Source: Polyangiales bacterium
GTDB lineage: Bacteria; Myxococcota_A; Polyangia; Polyangiales; Houyiibacteriaceae
NCBI GenBank assembly: GCA_049669945.1
Contig: JBATLA010000163.1
Span: 1-25,981 of the forward strand
Direction of reading: 5' to 3'
DNA: 25,981 nucleotides
Shown: positions 1 to 11,334 of the stretch, in pieces
Layout: each line of letters begins with the position of its first letter
Position numbering within the stretch: position 1 is the stretch's first letter
Program-made: the position numbers and the translations under genes
The notes under the pieces: generated by a model
Databases searched by the model: none
What the model was told of the DNA's origin: nothing
What the model saw: only the letters and a program-made list of their open reading frames with translations

Positions 1-2
1 AA

Positions 3-2198
3 GCAGGCCCGGCAACCGCGGAGGGGATCTTCGGAGAGCTGGGCGCGCCCCTCCCTTCCGCTACTCCGGAACAGTTGGCGGCATTCGAACGAGGGCGGGA
101 GCTCGGTGCGCATCGATTCACGCGCGACGAAGGGCTGGGCCCCGAGCTGAACGTGACCTTCTGTCTCGGCTGTCACGAGAAACCGGTCTTCGGCGGAGGC
201 GCCAGTCACTATCGCGACTTCCTTCTCGTTGGCGACGAGCTCGCACCCGACGTCGTGGTGCCGCGGGGTAAGAACGGCGTGCAACGTCAGTTCTCTCACC
301 AGACGGGACGGGCGGCGTCCGACCCGCTGACGAATCTGAGCGCCACGAGAAACCCGATTCCATTCTTCGGCGCGGGTCTCCTCGCTGAAATCCCCGACGG
401 GGAGATCATGCGTCACGCCGACCCCGACGACGAGGACGGTGACGGCATCAGCGGCCGTGCGAACGACAACGGAATCGAGATTGGCCGCTTCGGGCGCAAG
501 GCGCAGACCGCGCGCCTCGAGCTCTTCGTGCGCGGGCCGATCTTCAACCACCTGGGCATCACTTCGGACCCGCTGCCGGAGGAACGAAGGGCAGCGCTGC
601 CGGCGTTTGGCGCGAACACTGTTGCCTTCGCCACGAAGCAGGCCGTCATCCCCGACGAGCCCACCATCGATCTCGACGAAGTTCCGGATCCGGAGCTTTC
701 CGAATCGGAGCTGTTCGACTTGCTGTCGTTCGTGTTGTTACTCGCGGCGCCGGCACCCGACGAGCCGACCCGAGAGACCGAACGGGGGCGAGCGACGTTC
801 GAGCGAATCGGATGCGACCGGTGCCATCTGCCGTCGTTGCGGGGGCCGCGCGGGGAGATCCCCGCCTACAGCGATCTGCTGCTTCACGACATGGGAGACG
901 AGCTCGCCGACGGGTTCCCGATGGAAGCGGCAACGGGTCGGGAGTTTCGAACGCAGCCTTTGTGGGGGATAGCAGCCGCGAGTCCGTATCTCCACGATGG
1001 GCGGGCTTCGACGCTCGACCAGGCGATTCGCTGGCACGGGGGAGAGGCCGGACCGATCCGGGATGCGTATGTATCGCTCAGCGCTTCCGGGCGCGACGAG
1101 CTGATCGCATTTCTCGAATCATTGGGTGGCAAGGGGCAGCAGACGGCGGGCTTGCTTCCGCCCGGCGAAGGCGTTTTGCCCGACGGAGAATACGGCGCTC
1201 CGCTACCAGACCTCGACCCCGATCAACGCGAGCTCTTCGTGCAAGGTCGCGCGCTCTTCGACCGCGACTTTGCACTCACCGAAGGCGTGGGCCCGCGCTT
1301 CAACGGCGACGCCTGCCGCTCGTGTCACTTCGACCCCGTGATAGGCGGCGCAGGACCTGCGGGCGTCGACGCGATCAGACAAGGCGCAGCACCGGGCGAG
1401 GACACGAACTTGCCTCGCCACGCGATATCCGCTGAGCGACCGGAGCCCGAACCGAATGTGGCGTTCTTCGAGCGGCGGCAGACGCCCACGACGCTCGGCC
1501 TCGGTCTGCTCGAACAGATTCCACGCGAGACGATCGAGGCGCAGGCCGACCCTGATGACGAAGACCAAGACGGTATCGCCGGCCGCGTGCACGAGCTTCC
1601 GGACGGACGTCTGGGCCGTTTCGGATGGAAAGCCAATGTCCCTTCAGTCCGCGAATTCGTGCGCGACGCGCTGAGCGGGGAGCTTGGCGCTACGGTCCCT
1701 GACGAGGAGGGCTTCACGTTCGGCCGCCCGACAGACGAAGACGGCGTTGCCGACCCCGAGATCGAGTCCGCAACCATCGACGCGATTGCGACGTTCATCG
1801 CCTTGCTTGGAGCGCCGCCGCGCAGGCGCGTGGACGCGACACTCGAGGACGAAGGGGAGTCCGTCTTCAAAGGTATCGGTTGCGCGAGTTGTCACCTTCC
1901 GAGCTTGCGCACGGCGAACGGGGTGGAGGTTCGCGCGTACACCGACCTCCTGTTGCACGACGTTGCCCAACCGGGCGCGCCGGGTGTCGCGGAAGGCGAA
2001 GCCGGCATCCACGACTTCCGAACGGCGCCGCTTTGGGGCCTCGCCCATTCGGCGCCCTACTTCCACGACGGCCGGGCCGACACCATCGAACAAGCCATCC
2101 AATCCCATGCAGGCGAGGCCAGCGCAGCCCGCGCGCGCTTTGAAGACCTCCCCGGCGACGAGCGTGCAGCGATGCTCGCGTTCTTGCGATCTCTGTGA
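3..2198 (+). CDS. Tandem di-heme oxidoreductase (DHOR / thiol-oxidoreductase-like) protein with four CXXCH motifs; 5'-truncated by the window edge
   Basis: Frame is open from base 3 (AGPATAEGIFGELGAPLP...), so the TTG at 75 is probably not the true start. CXXCH motifs: CLGCH, CDRCH, CRSCH, CASCH. Two homologous halves each carry G(L/V)GP-x-(L/F)N...C, DPDDEDxDGIxGR, GRFGxKA, Y(S/T)DLLLHD, FRTxPLWG and PY(L/F)HDGRA, which are typical DHOR-family motifs. Confidence 0.85.
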   Translation, partial: AGPATAEGIFGELGAPLPSATPEQLAAFERGRELGAHRFTRDEGLGPELNVTFCLGCHEKPVFGGGASHYRDFLLVGDELAPDVVVPRGKNGVQRQFSHQTGRAASDPLTNLSATRNPIPFFGAGLLAEIPDGEIMRHADPDDEDGDGISGRANDNGIEIGRFGRKAQTARLELFVRGPIFNHLGITSDPLPEERRAALPAFGANTVAFATKQAVIPDEPTIDLDEVPDPELSESELFDLLSFVLLLAAPAPDEPTRETERGRATFERIGCDRCHLPSLRGPRGEIPAYSDLLLHDMGDELADGFPMEAATGREFRTQPLWGIAAASPYLHDGRASTLDQAIRWHGGEAGPIRDAYVSLSASGRDELIAFLESLGGKGQQTAGLLPPGEGVLPDGEYGAPLPDLDPDQRELFVQGRALFDRDFALTEGVGPRFNGDACRSCHFDPVIGGAGPAGVDAIRQGAAPGEDTNLPRHAISAERPEPEPNVAFFERRQTPTTLGLGLLEQIPRETIEAQADPDDEDQDGIAGRVHELPDGRLGRFGWKANVPSVREFVRDALSGELGATVPDEEGFTFGRPTDEDGVADPEIESATIDAIATFIALLGAPPRRRVDATLEDEGESVFKGIGCASCHLPSLRTANGVEVRAYTDLLLHDVAQPGAPGVAEGEAGIHDFRTAPLWGLAHSAPYFHDGRADTIEQAIQSHAGEASAARARFEDLPGDERAAMLAFLRSL

Positions 2199-2256
2199 TC
2201 TCGCGGGAAGAAGGCGCTTGATTCCATGCAGTTAGGGGGCTCGGAACTGTCCCCCC

Positions 2257-2285
2257 TTGACCCTGGGGGAGCATGGGCACAGAAT
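2257..2285 (+). promoter_or_regulatory. Sigma70-type promoter of the ilv-leu leader
   Basis: TTGACC (2257-2262), 17-nt spacer, CAGAAT (2280-2285), directly upstream of the leader ORF. Confidence 0.7.
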
Positions 2286-2294
2286 GGCCGAAGT

Positions 2295-2417
2295 ATGGTT
2301 CAGTACCCAACCGCAGCTGCTGCTTCGATGATGGACGCGCGTCGCGTGAGCCTGCTGAGCGGTGTTGTAGTTGTAGTCAGCCTCATTATTAGCCTCCTGC
2401 TAGTTACTCAGGCATAG
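2295..2417 (+). CDS. ilv/leu operon attenuator leader peptide MVQYPTAAAASMMDARRVSLLSGVVVVVSLIISLLLVTQA (alternative starts 2328/2331)
   Basis: 15 of 20 codons in 2346-2405 are Val/Leu/Ile (7 V, 6 L, 2 I), with A/T-ending codons GTT/GTA/ATT/CTA that are uncommon in the surrounding genes. It lies directly upstream of an antiterminator/terminator pair and ilvB. Confidence 0.88.
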   Translation: MVQYPTAAAASMMDARRVSLLSGVVVVVSLIISLLLVTQA

Positions 2418-2468
2418 GCAGGGACCAGAACCACCCACTCACTTACCCATTCAGTTTCTGGCCCCTGC
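2418..2468 (+). promoter_or_regulatory. Attenuator antiterminator helix
   Basis: GCAGGGACCAGAA (2418-2430) is complementary at 12/13 positions to TTCTGGCCCCTGC (2456-2468), which includes the 5' arm of the terminator. It starts immediately after the leader stop codon. Confidence 0.8.
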
Positions 2469-2491
2469 ATCGAGATGCGGGGGCTTTTTTT
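2461..2491 (+). terminator. Attenuator intrinsic terminator
   Basis: Stem GCCCCTGCAT/ATGCGGGGGC (10 bp, one G-U), loop CGAG, followed by T7 (2485-2491). Confidence 0.9.
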
Positions 2492-2577
2492 GTTGTCAAA
2501 ACCAGATGAAAATGCACTCAAAACGCAAAACTACACATTTCCGACGCTCCTCGGGCACGCCGGAATTCGTCGACTTG

Positions 2578-2618
2578 AAAGGCGTCTGGTCGAGCTTCGA
2601 CCGGACGCCTTTTTTGTT
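2578..2618 (+). terminator. Second intrinsic-terminator-like hairpin in the ilvB 5' leader
   Basis: Stem GGCGTCTGGTCGA/TCGACCGGACGCC (13 bp, one G-U; 2581-2593/2597-2609), preceded by AAA and followed by TTTTTTGTT. Confidence 0.75.
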
Positions 2619-2687
2619 GGGTGCGCGCAGCTTGAAAGCCGCGTCGAATCCACTACTTGCAGCCAGCCAGCAACGAAGGAGAACCTC

Positions 2688-4456
2688 GTGACACCCGCCA
2701 ATCCCAAGCTCAAGAATCGCATCGGCGAATCTCTTTCCGGAGCCCAAATCATCTGGGAAGCGCTCGTACGCGAGGGGGTCGAGGTCTGCTTCGGGTATCC
2801 GGGCGGCGCGATCATGCCCGCGTACGACGCGATGATTCAGTACCCGATCCACCACGTGCTCACGCGGCACGAGCAAGGCGCCTCGCACATGGCCGACGGC
2901 TACGCGCGAGCATCCGGGCAAGTCGGCGTTTGTATTGCGACTTCCGGGCCCGGGGCGACCAACCTGATCACCGGGATCGCAACCGCGATGCTCGACTCGA
3001 TCCCGATGGTCTGTATCACCGGGCAGGTCCCCTCTGCTCTCATCGGCAGCGACGCCTTCCAGGAGACCGACATCACCGGCTGCACCATCCCGGTGACCAA
3101 GCACAACTACCTGGTGACCAAACCGGAGCAAATTGCGCCAACCATTCGAGAAGCGTTCTATGTGGCGCGCTCTGGCCGCCCGGGCCCGGTGGTCGTCGAC
3201 ATCACAAAAGATGCACAGCAGCAAAGCTGCACCTTCGAGTGGAGCGACGAAGAGATCGTGCTCCCCGGCTACCATCCGGACTACGCCCCTCTCTCCGAGC
3301 AGCTGGAGGAGGCGATCGAGCTGATCAAGGAAGCGAAGCGACCGATTCTCTTCTCCGGACACGGCATCATCAAGTCCCAGGCGACCGAAACACTCATTGA
3401 GTTCGTCGAGAAGACCAACATCCCGGTCGCCTGCACCCTACTCGGCCTCGGCGGCTTCCCCGCAAGCCATCCACGCAACTTGGGGATGATGGGAATGCAT
3501 GGTGAGACCTGGGTGAACAAGGCCATCCAGGACGCGGATCTCATCATCGCGGCGGGCATGCGGTTCGACGACCGTGTTACGGGCAACCTCAAGACGTACG
3601 CTCAGAACGCGAAGAAGATCCACATCGAGCTCGACCCGGCCGAAATCAACAAGAACGTCAGGGTCGAGGTCCCGATCGTCGGAGACGTTGCCGCCGTTCT
3701 GAAGGAGCTTCTTCCGCATGTGGACCAAACCGACCGTGCGGAGTGGCTCGGATACATCGACGAGCTCAAGGGCGATTCGGCGGTTCGCGACATCAAGAAC
3801 CTGCCCGACTTAGGCAAGCTCTACGCGGCGCACGTGATTCACGACATCTACCGCTTCACCGAGGGCAAGGCGCTCGTCGTCACGGACGTGGGCCAGCACC
3901 AGATGTGGGAAGCGCAGTACTACAAGCACGACTACCCACGGAAGCTGCTGACCTCGGGCGGGCTCGGCACGATGGGCTTCGCGCTGCCTGCGGGCATCGG
4001 AGCCAAGTTCGCGCAGCCCGGCGACTCGGTGTGGGTCATCTGCGGCGATGGCGGATTTCAGATGACTCAGGCCGAGCTTTCGACCTGCGCACAAGAGAAC
4101 ATCAAGGTCAACGTGGCCATCATCAACAACGGCTTCCTCGGCATGGTGCGCCAGTGGCAGCAGTTCTTCTTCGGGGGGCGATACGTAGCGACGCCGCTGC
4201 TCAGCCCAGACTTCGTGAAGATCGCCGAAGCCCACAGTTTGACCGGCATCCGCGTCGAGAAGCGCTCGGAGGTGGAAGAGGCGGTCCGAACGGCAGAGGC
4301 GACCGAAGGCACAGTCGTCATCGACTTCCGCGTCGAGCAGGAAGATGCCGTCTACCCGATGGTCCCGGCCGGAGCGAACCTGCACGACATGATCGAACGA
4401 CCGCCGCCTGGCAACCAAGATCACAACCCGATTTTCGAGACAGGGGAGGACGAGTA

Positions 4457-4457
<1 letters not shown>
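2688..4457 (+). CDS. ilvB: Acetolactate synthase (AHAS) large subunit, biosynthetic type
   Basis: FGYPGGA, RHEQGA, TSGPGATN, GMRFDDRVTG, TDVGQHQMW, SGGLGTMGF, GDGGFQM...NNGFLGMVRQWQ. Start re-assigned to GTG 2688 behind SD AAGGAG (2676-2681); the ORF-track start at 2475 lies inside the attenuator. Confidence 0.95.
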
Positions 4458-6041
<1,584 letters not shown>

Positions 6042-6079
6042 GTAGGCGCCGCCGAGCTGCGGCGTCGGGAGAATGAGTC

Positions 6080-7714
6080 ATGCAGCCTGATCACGTACGG
6101 ATCTTCGACACGACCCTCCGAGACGGAGAGCAATCACCTGGCGCGACGATGACCTCGTCGGAGAAGCTAGAGGTGGCGAAGACCCTATCGCGTCTGGGTG
6201 TGGACATCATCGAGGCCGGCTTCGCAGCGGCTTCTCCCGACGACCTGCGCGCGGTGAAGACGATTGCGGAGGCGGTTGGTGTCACGGGCGTCGAAGGGCG
6301 CCCGACGTCGGAGCCTCCGACGATCTGCAGCCTCGCTCGAGCGCACAAGTCGGACATCGACAAGGCGGCGGAAGCGGTCGCGCCCGCCAAGCACGGGCGC
6401 ATCCACACGTTCATCGCAACCTCGCCGATTCATCGGGAGCACAAGCTTCGGATGACCCGCGACGAGGTGCTCGCGAAGATCACCGAGATGGTCTCGTACG
6501 CTCGTACGTTCACCGAGGACATCGAGTTCAGCCCGGAAGACGCGGGTAGAACCGAGATGGACTTCCTGTACGAGGCCCTCCAAGCCGCCATCGAGGCAGG
6601 GGCACGCACGCTGAACATCCCGGATACCGTTGGGTACACGATCCCCAACGAGTTCGGCGAACGCATCGCGATGATCCGGGAGCATGTGCCCGGCATCGAG
6701 AAGGCCGTGATCAGCGTGCACTGCCACAACGACCTCGGCTTGGCCGTGGCAAACAGCTTGTCGGCCGTGCAGAACGGCGCGCGACAGGTCGAGGTCGCTG
6801 TCAACGGAATCGGAGAACGGGCCGGCAACGCGTCGCTCGAAGAGGTCGTCATGGCGCTTTACGTGCGGCGCGACCTCTACGGCATCACGACGCAGGTGGA
6901 CGCGACGCAGCTCACCCGCGCGAGCCGCTTGGTGAGCAAGGTGACCGGCATGGTCGTCCAACCGAACAAGGCCATCGTGGGCGCGAACGCGTTCGCTCAC
7001 GAAGCTGGAATTCACCAGGACGGCATGTTGAAGCACGAGGAGACCTATGAGATCATGCGCCCCGAGACGGTCGGGGCGGGCAAGACTCAACTCGTCCTCG
7101 GAAAGCACTCAGGCCGCCACGCCTTCGCCAATCGCTTGGCGGAGCTTGGGTATCCGGTTTCCGGCGACGGGCTCGACAAGGCGTTCGCTCGCTTCAAGAA
7201 GCTCGCCGACAAGAAGAAGCACATCACCGATGCTGACTTGATCGCCCTCGTCAGCGATGAGCTCCACCAGCCGAAGGAGTACTGGCGGCTCGAGAAGATT
7301 CAGGTCGGCTGTGGGACAGGCATGCCTACGGCGACGGTTCAGCTCACCGGGCCGGAGGGGAAGACGCAAATCGCCGCCGAGGTTGGTACAGGCCCGGTCG
7401 ATGCCGTTTACAAGGCGATCCAGTCGCTCGTTCATGTGCCGTGCACGCTGCTCGAGTACACCGTTCAGTCGGTTACGGAGGGCATCGACGCGCTCGGCGA
7501 GGTGAGCGTGCGGGTATCACCCGACGACGGCGGAGCTTCGCCCGACAAGATCAACCCGCAGTACGAGCACTCACGCGCGCGGGTCTTTCACGGCCACGGC
7601 GCTCACACCGACGTCATCGTTGCGAGCGCCAAAGCATACATCGCCGCGGTCAACCGCATCCTCGCCGTCAGAGAAGCAAGGCAAGACAACGAAGCAGCCG
7701 GTAGCGCTGCATAG
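6080..7714 (+). CDS. leuA: 2-isopropylmalate synthase
   Basis: [72 protein letters not shown], and C-terminal regulatory GTGPVDA. Confidence 0.95.
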   Translation: MQPDHVRIFDTTLRDGEQSPGATMTSSEKLEVAKTLSRLGVDIIEAGFAAASPDDLRAVKTIAEAVGVTGVEGRPTSEPPTICSLARAHKSDIDKAAEAVAPAKHGRIHTFIATSPIHREHKLRMTRDEVLAKITEMVSYARTFTEDIEFSPEDAGRTEMDFLYEALQAAIEAGARTLNIPDTVGYTIPNEFGERIAMIREHVPGIEKAVISVHCHNDLGLAVANSLSAVQNGARQVEVAVNGIGERAGNASLEEVVMALYVRRDLYGITTQVDATQLTRASRLVSKVTGMVVQPNKAIVGANAFAHEAGIHQDGMLKHEETYEIMRPETVGAGKTQLVLGKHSGRHAFANRLAELGYPVSGDGLDKAFARFKKLADKKKHITDADLIALVSDELHQPKEYWRLEKIQVGCGTGMPTATVQLTGPEGKTQIAAEVGTGPVDAVYKAIQSLVHVPCTLLEYTVQSVTEGIDALGEVSVRVSPDDGGASPDKINPQYEHSRARVFHGHGAHTDVIVASAKAYIAAVNRILAVREARQDNEAAGSAA

Positions 7715-7722
7715 CGAGAATC

Positions 7723-9132
7723 ATGGAACCAAGAACACTATTCCAGAAGGTATGGGACAACCACGTCGTCGTACAGGAGCCGGATCGCCCGGCAGTCCTC
7801 TACATCGACCTGCATCTCATCCACGAGGTCACGTCACCGCAAGCGTTCACAGGCCTTCGCGAGCGCGGAATCACCGTGCGCCGTCCCGACAAGACGGTGG
7901 CGACGATGGACCACTCGACGCCGACCGATCCGAAGGCGCTCAAAGTCATCGATGACCAAGCGCGCGTGCAGCTCGCCATGTTGGAGAGCAACTGCGAGGA
8001 GTTCGGTATCACCTGCTACTCGCTCGGCGACAGTCGGAACGGGATCGTGCACGTCATTGGGCCGGAGCGCGGGTTCACGCAGCCGGGAAAGACGATCGTG
8101 TGCGGCGACAGCCATACCTCGACCCACGGTGCATTCGGGGCGCTCGCGTTCGGCATCGGCACCAGCGAGGTCGAGCACGTGCTCGCGACCCAGTGCCTGC
8201 TGCAGCGCAAACCGAAAACGCTCGAAGTTCGGGTGGACGGCAGGCTCATGCCCGGTGTCACGGCAAAGGACATCATCCTGGCACTTTGCGCGAAGATTGG
8301 GACTGGCGGCGCGACCGGATACGTCATCGAGTATACCGGCTCGGCTATCGAGAGCCTCGACATGGATGGCCGGATGACGGTTTGTAACATGAGCATCGAG
8401 GCCGGCGCGCGTGCCGGCATGATCGCGCCAGACGAAGCGACCTTCGCCTACCTCAAGGGCCGCGAGTTCGCGCCCAAGGGAGCCGACTGGGACGCCGCGG
8501 TGGAGCGCTGGAAGCAGCTTCGTACCGATGACGGCGCGACCTACGACAAGACGGTGACCATCGACGCGAACACGCTCGGGCCGATGATCACCTACGGAAC
8601 CAACCCTGGGATGGGCATGCAAATCAGCGAGTCGACCCCCAAGGTCGATGCGTTCGACGACGGGTCGCAGAAGGCCGCGTACGAGAAAGCGATGCGTTAC
8701 ATGGACCTCGAGCCTGGAGCACCGTTGGCCGGCCAGAAAGTGGACGTGGTCTTCATCGGCTCGTGCACGAATTCGCGGATCAGCGATCTGCGGATGGCGG
8801 CCGGCGTGTTCAGTGGGCGCAGGGTCGCCGACGGCGTGCGCACGCTCGTGGTACCCGGGTCACACGACATCAAGAAGCAGGCCGAAGCCGAAGGGCTCGA
8901 CCGGATCTTCAAAGAGGCTGGGGCCGAGTGGCGCGAGCCCGGCTGCTCGATGTGCATCGCCATGAATGGCGACAACCTCGAGCCCGGCCAGTATGCCGTG
9001 AGCACCTCGAACCGGAACTTCGAAGGCCGACAGGGCAAAGGCGGCCGTACGTTCCTCGCATCCCCACTCACGGCCGCCGCCGCGGCGATCACGGGCGAAG
9101 TCACCGACCCGCGGAGCTTGCTCCTTTCTTGA
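7723..9132 (+). CDS. leuC: 3-isopropylmalate dehydratase large subunit
   Basis: [59 protein letters not shown]. Confidence 0.97.
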   Translation: MEPRTLFQKVWDNHVVVQEPDRPAVLYIDLHLIHEVTSPQAFTGLRERGITVRRPDKTVATMDHSTPTDPKALKVIDDQARVQLAMLESNCEEFGITCYSLGDSRNGIVHVIGPERGFTQPGKTIVCGDSHTSTHGAFGALAFGIGTSEVEHVLATQCLLQRKPKTLEVRVDGRLMPGVTAKDIILALCAKIGTGGATGYVIEYTGSAIESLDMDGRMTVCNMSIEAGARAGMIAPDEATFAYLKGREFAPKGADWDAAVERWKQLRTDDGATYDKTVTIDANTLGPMITYGTNPGMGMQISESTPKVDAFDDGSQKAAYEKAMRYMDLEPGAPLAGQKVDVVFIGSCTNSRISDLRMAAGVFSGRRVADGVRTLVVPGSHDIKKQAEAEGLDRIFKEAGAEWREPGCSMCIAMNGDNLEPGQYAVSTSNRNFEGRQGKGGRTFLASPLTAAAAAITGEVTDPRSLLLS

Positions 9133-9143
9133 AAGGCTGAGTC

Positions 9144-9731
9144 ATGGCGAAATTCACTACATTGACATCGCACGCGGTCCCGCTTCCCGCCGACAACGTG
9201 GACACGGACCAGATCATCCCGGCTCGCTTCCTCAAGGTCACCGACAAGCACGGTCTCGGCGACAGCCTGTTCTGCGACTGGCGCTACCTCAAGGACGGCT
9301 CACCGAACCCCGACTTCGTGCTCAACGAGGCGGCATCGCAAGGCGCGCAGATCCTGATCGCAGGCGACAACTTCGGGAGCGGGTCGTCCCGCGAACACGC
9401 CCCTTGGGCGCTCGTCGGATGGGGCCTGCGTGCCATCATCTCGACGGGCTTCGCCGACATCTTCAAGAGCAACTCGCTCAAGAACGGCTTGCTCCCCGTC
9501 GAGGTGAGCCCCGAGGTTTACAAGCAGCTCATGCAAGCGGTGCAGCTCGACCGAACGACGAAGATCACCATCGATCTACCGACGCAATCGGTCACGGGCC
9601 TCGGCTCGCTCGAAGCGACCTTCCCTATTGACGCCTTCTCGAAGCACTGCCTTCTCGAAGGCATCGACCAACTCGGCTACCTCCTCTCGTTCGACGAACA
9701 AATCACAGGCTATGAGCAACAACGGCCATAG
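9144..9731 (+). CDS. leuD: 3-isopropylmalate dehydratase small subunit
   Basis: NVDTDQIIPARFLK, NFGSGSSREHAPWAL, FADIF..N..KNGLLP. Confidence 0.96.
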   Translation: MAKFTTLTSHAVPLPADNVDTDQIIPARFLKVTDKHGLGDSLFCDWRYLKDGSPNPDFVLNEAASQGAQILIAGDNFGSGSSREHAPWALVGWGLRAIISTGFADIFKSNSLKNGLLPVEVSPEVYKQLMQAVQLDRTTKITIDLPTQSVTGLGSLEATFPIDAFSKHCLLEGIDQLGYLLSFDEQITGYEQQRP

Positions 9732-11334
9732 CCCCTCCGGCCCAGTCGTAGAGGTCTACGACACCACTCTGCGTGACGGCACGCAGATGGAGGGGATGAG
9801 CTTGTCCTGCGATGACAAGCTTCGGATTGCGGAGCATTTGGACGCTCTCGGAGTCGACTTCATCGAGGGCGGCTGGCCCGGATCGAACCCGAAGGACGTC
9901 GAATTCTTCGAGCGCGCAAAGGATATCGACTGGAAGAGCGTCACCATAGCGGCGTTTGGGTCGACGTGCCGGGCCGAGCTTAGCGCAGAAGACGACCCGC
10001 AACTGAGGACCCTGCTGGAGGCAAAAACACCGGTTTGCACGATCTTTGGCAAGACATGGAACATGCACGTCACCGAGGTGCTGCGCACCAACCTCGAAGA
10101 GAACCTTCGCATGGTCGAACAGAGCGTGGCGTTCCTTCGCGGCAACGATCGCCGGGTCATCTACGATGCCGAGCACTTCTTCGACGGCTACAAGTCGGAT
10201 GCGGAGTACGCGCTCGACACGCTGCGCGCGGCGGCACGCGGCGGCGCGGAAACCTTGGTTCTCTGCGACACCAATGGGGGCTCGATGCCTTGGGAGATCG
10301 AAGAGATGATCGGCGCCGTGCGGTCCGCCCTACCCGACGCGCAGATCGGCATCCACGCGCACAACGACGGAGAATGCGGCGTCGCCAACTCCGTTGCCGC
10401 GGTGCGCGCAGGCGCGCGGCACGTGCAAGGCACCATCAACGGCTACGGCGAAAGATGCGGCAATGCGAATCTTTGCTCCATTCTCCCCGACGTGGAGCTC
10501 AAGCTCGGTCTGCAATGCGTCAACGAGGGGGGCCTCGCCAAGCTGTATGAGTTGTCGCACTTCGTGGCGGAGATCGCCAACCTGAGTCCGAACGAGCATG
10601 CCGCCTATGTCGGCCGGAGCGCGTTCGCCCACAAGGGCGGCGTTCACGTTTCCGCCATCCGGCGTCACCCGGAGTCGTACGAGCACGTCAATCCGACCCT
10701 CGTCGGAAACGAGTCGCGCGTCGTCGTGAGCGAGCTTTCCGGGCGGAGCAACGTGCTCAGCAAAGCGGAGGAGCTAGGGCTCGAGGTAAGCGCCACGCAC
10801 GGTGGGGAGGTCCTCGAGAAGATTAAGGCGCTCGAGGCCAAGGGCTTCGCGTACGAAGCCGCCGAGGCCTCGGTTGCATTACTCATGGCGCGGCAACAGC
10901 CTGACTATGAGCCGCCATTCGAGGTCCTTCACTTCCAGGCCGGCGTTGGGCGTAGGGACGGCGGCGGCATGTTTGCGGAGGCCACCGTAAAGGTCCGAAT
11001 CGGGGACGAGATCGTCCACACGGCAGGCGAAGGCAACGGCCCGGTGAGCGCCCTCGACTCAGCGCTCCGAAAAGCGCTCCAGCCTTTCTTCCCAGAGGTT
11101 GGGAACATCCAGCTCAGCGACTACAAGGTCCGCATCCTCGACGGGCGAAGTGGAACCGGCGCGACGACCCGTGTCCTCATCGACAGCCAATCCCTTCACG
11201 ACTCCTGGAGCACGGTCGGCGCATCGAGCAACATCATCGAGGCGTCCCTTCAAGCGCTCATCGACAGCATCGAATACGGACTCACGCTCCAACGCGCCAC
11301 CAAAGAGAACCCATCAGAGGCAAACGTTAGATGA
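9712..11334 (+). CDS. cimA: (R)-citramalate synthase (CimA-type DRE-TIM)
   Basis: YDTTLRDGTQMEG, IEGGWPGSNPKD, YDAEHFFDG, LCDTNGG, QGTINGYGERCGNANL, AFAHKGGVH, DYKVRILD, WSTVG..NIIEAS, characteristic of the bacterial CimA clade. Start moved to ATG 9712, overlapping the leuD end. Confidence 0.88.
   Translation: MSNNGHSPSGPVVEVYDTTLRDGTQMEGMSLSCDDKLRIAEHLDALGVDFIEGGWPGSNPKDVEFFERAKDIDWKSVTIAAFGSTCRAELSAEDDPQLRTLLEAKTPVCTIFGKTWNMHVTEVLRTNLEENLRMVEQSVAFLRGNDRRVIYDAEHFFDGYKSDAEYALDTLRAAARGGAETLVLCDTNGGSMPWEIEEMIGAVRSALPDAQIGIHAHNDGECGVANSVAAVRAGARHVQGTINGYGERCGNANLCSILPDVELKLGLQCVNEGGLAKLYELSHFVAEIANLSPNEHAAYVGRSAFAHKGGVHVSAIRRHPESYEHVNPTLVGNESRVVVSELSGRSNVLSKAEELGLEVSATHGGEVLEKIKALEAKGFAYEAAEASVALLMARQQPDYEPPFEVLHFQAGVGRRDGGGMFAEATVKVRIGDEIVHTAGEGNGPVSALDSALRKALQPFFPEVGNIQLSDYKVRILDGRSGTGATTRVLIDSQSLHDSWSTVGASSNIIEASLQALIDSIEYGLTLQRATKENPSEANVR

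Noticed and set aside
2234..2256. AGGGGGCTCGGAACTGTCCCCCC as a fourth repeat copy or a terminator for the DHOR gene
   Set aside because: It shares only TGTCCCC with the repeat and lacks the TTTTCGCG and TGCAACC boxes; the stem is weak and has no U-tract.
2475..2687. 71-aa N-terminal extension of IlvB in the ORF track
   Set aside because: It starts inside the terminator stem and runs through both hairpins; GTG 2688 has a strong SD and gives a normal-length AHAS.
3743..4456. Upstream extensions in the ORF track for ilvN (likewise cimA, maeA, DJ-1 and the hydratase)
   Set aside because: They overlap neighbouring genes or repeats out of frame; family homology begins at the downstream starts used above.
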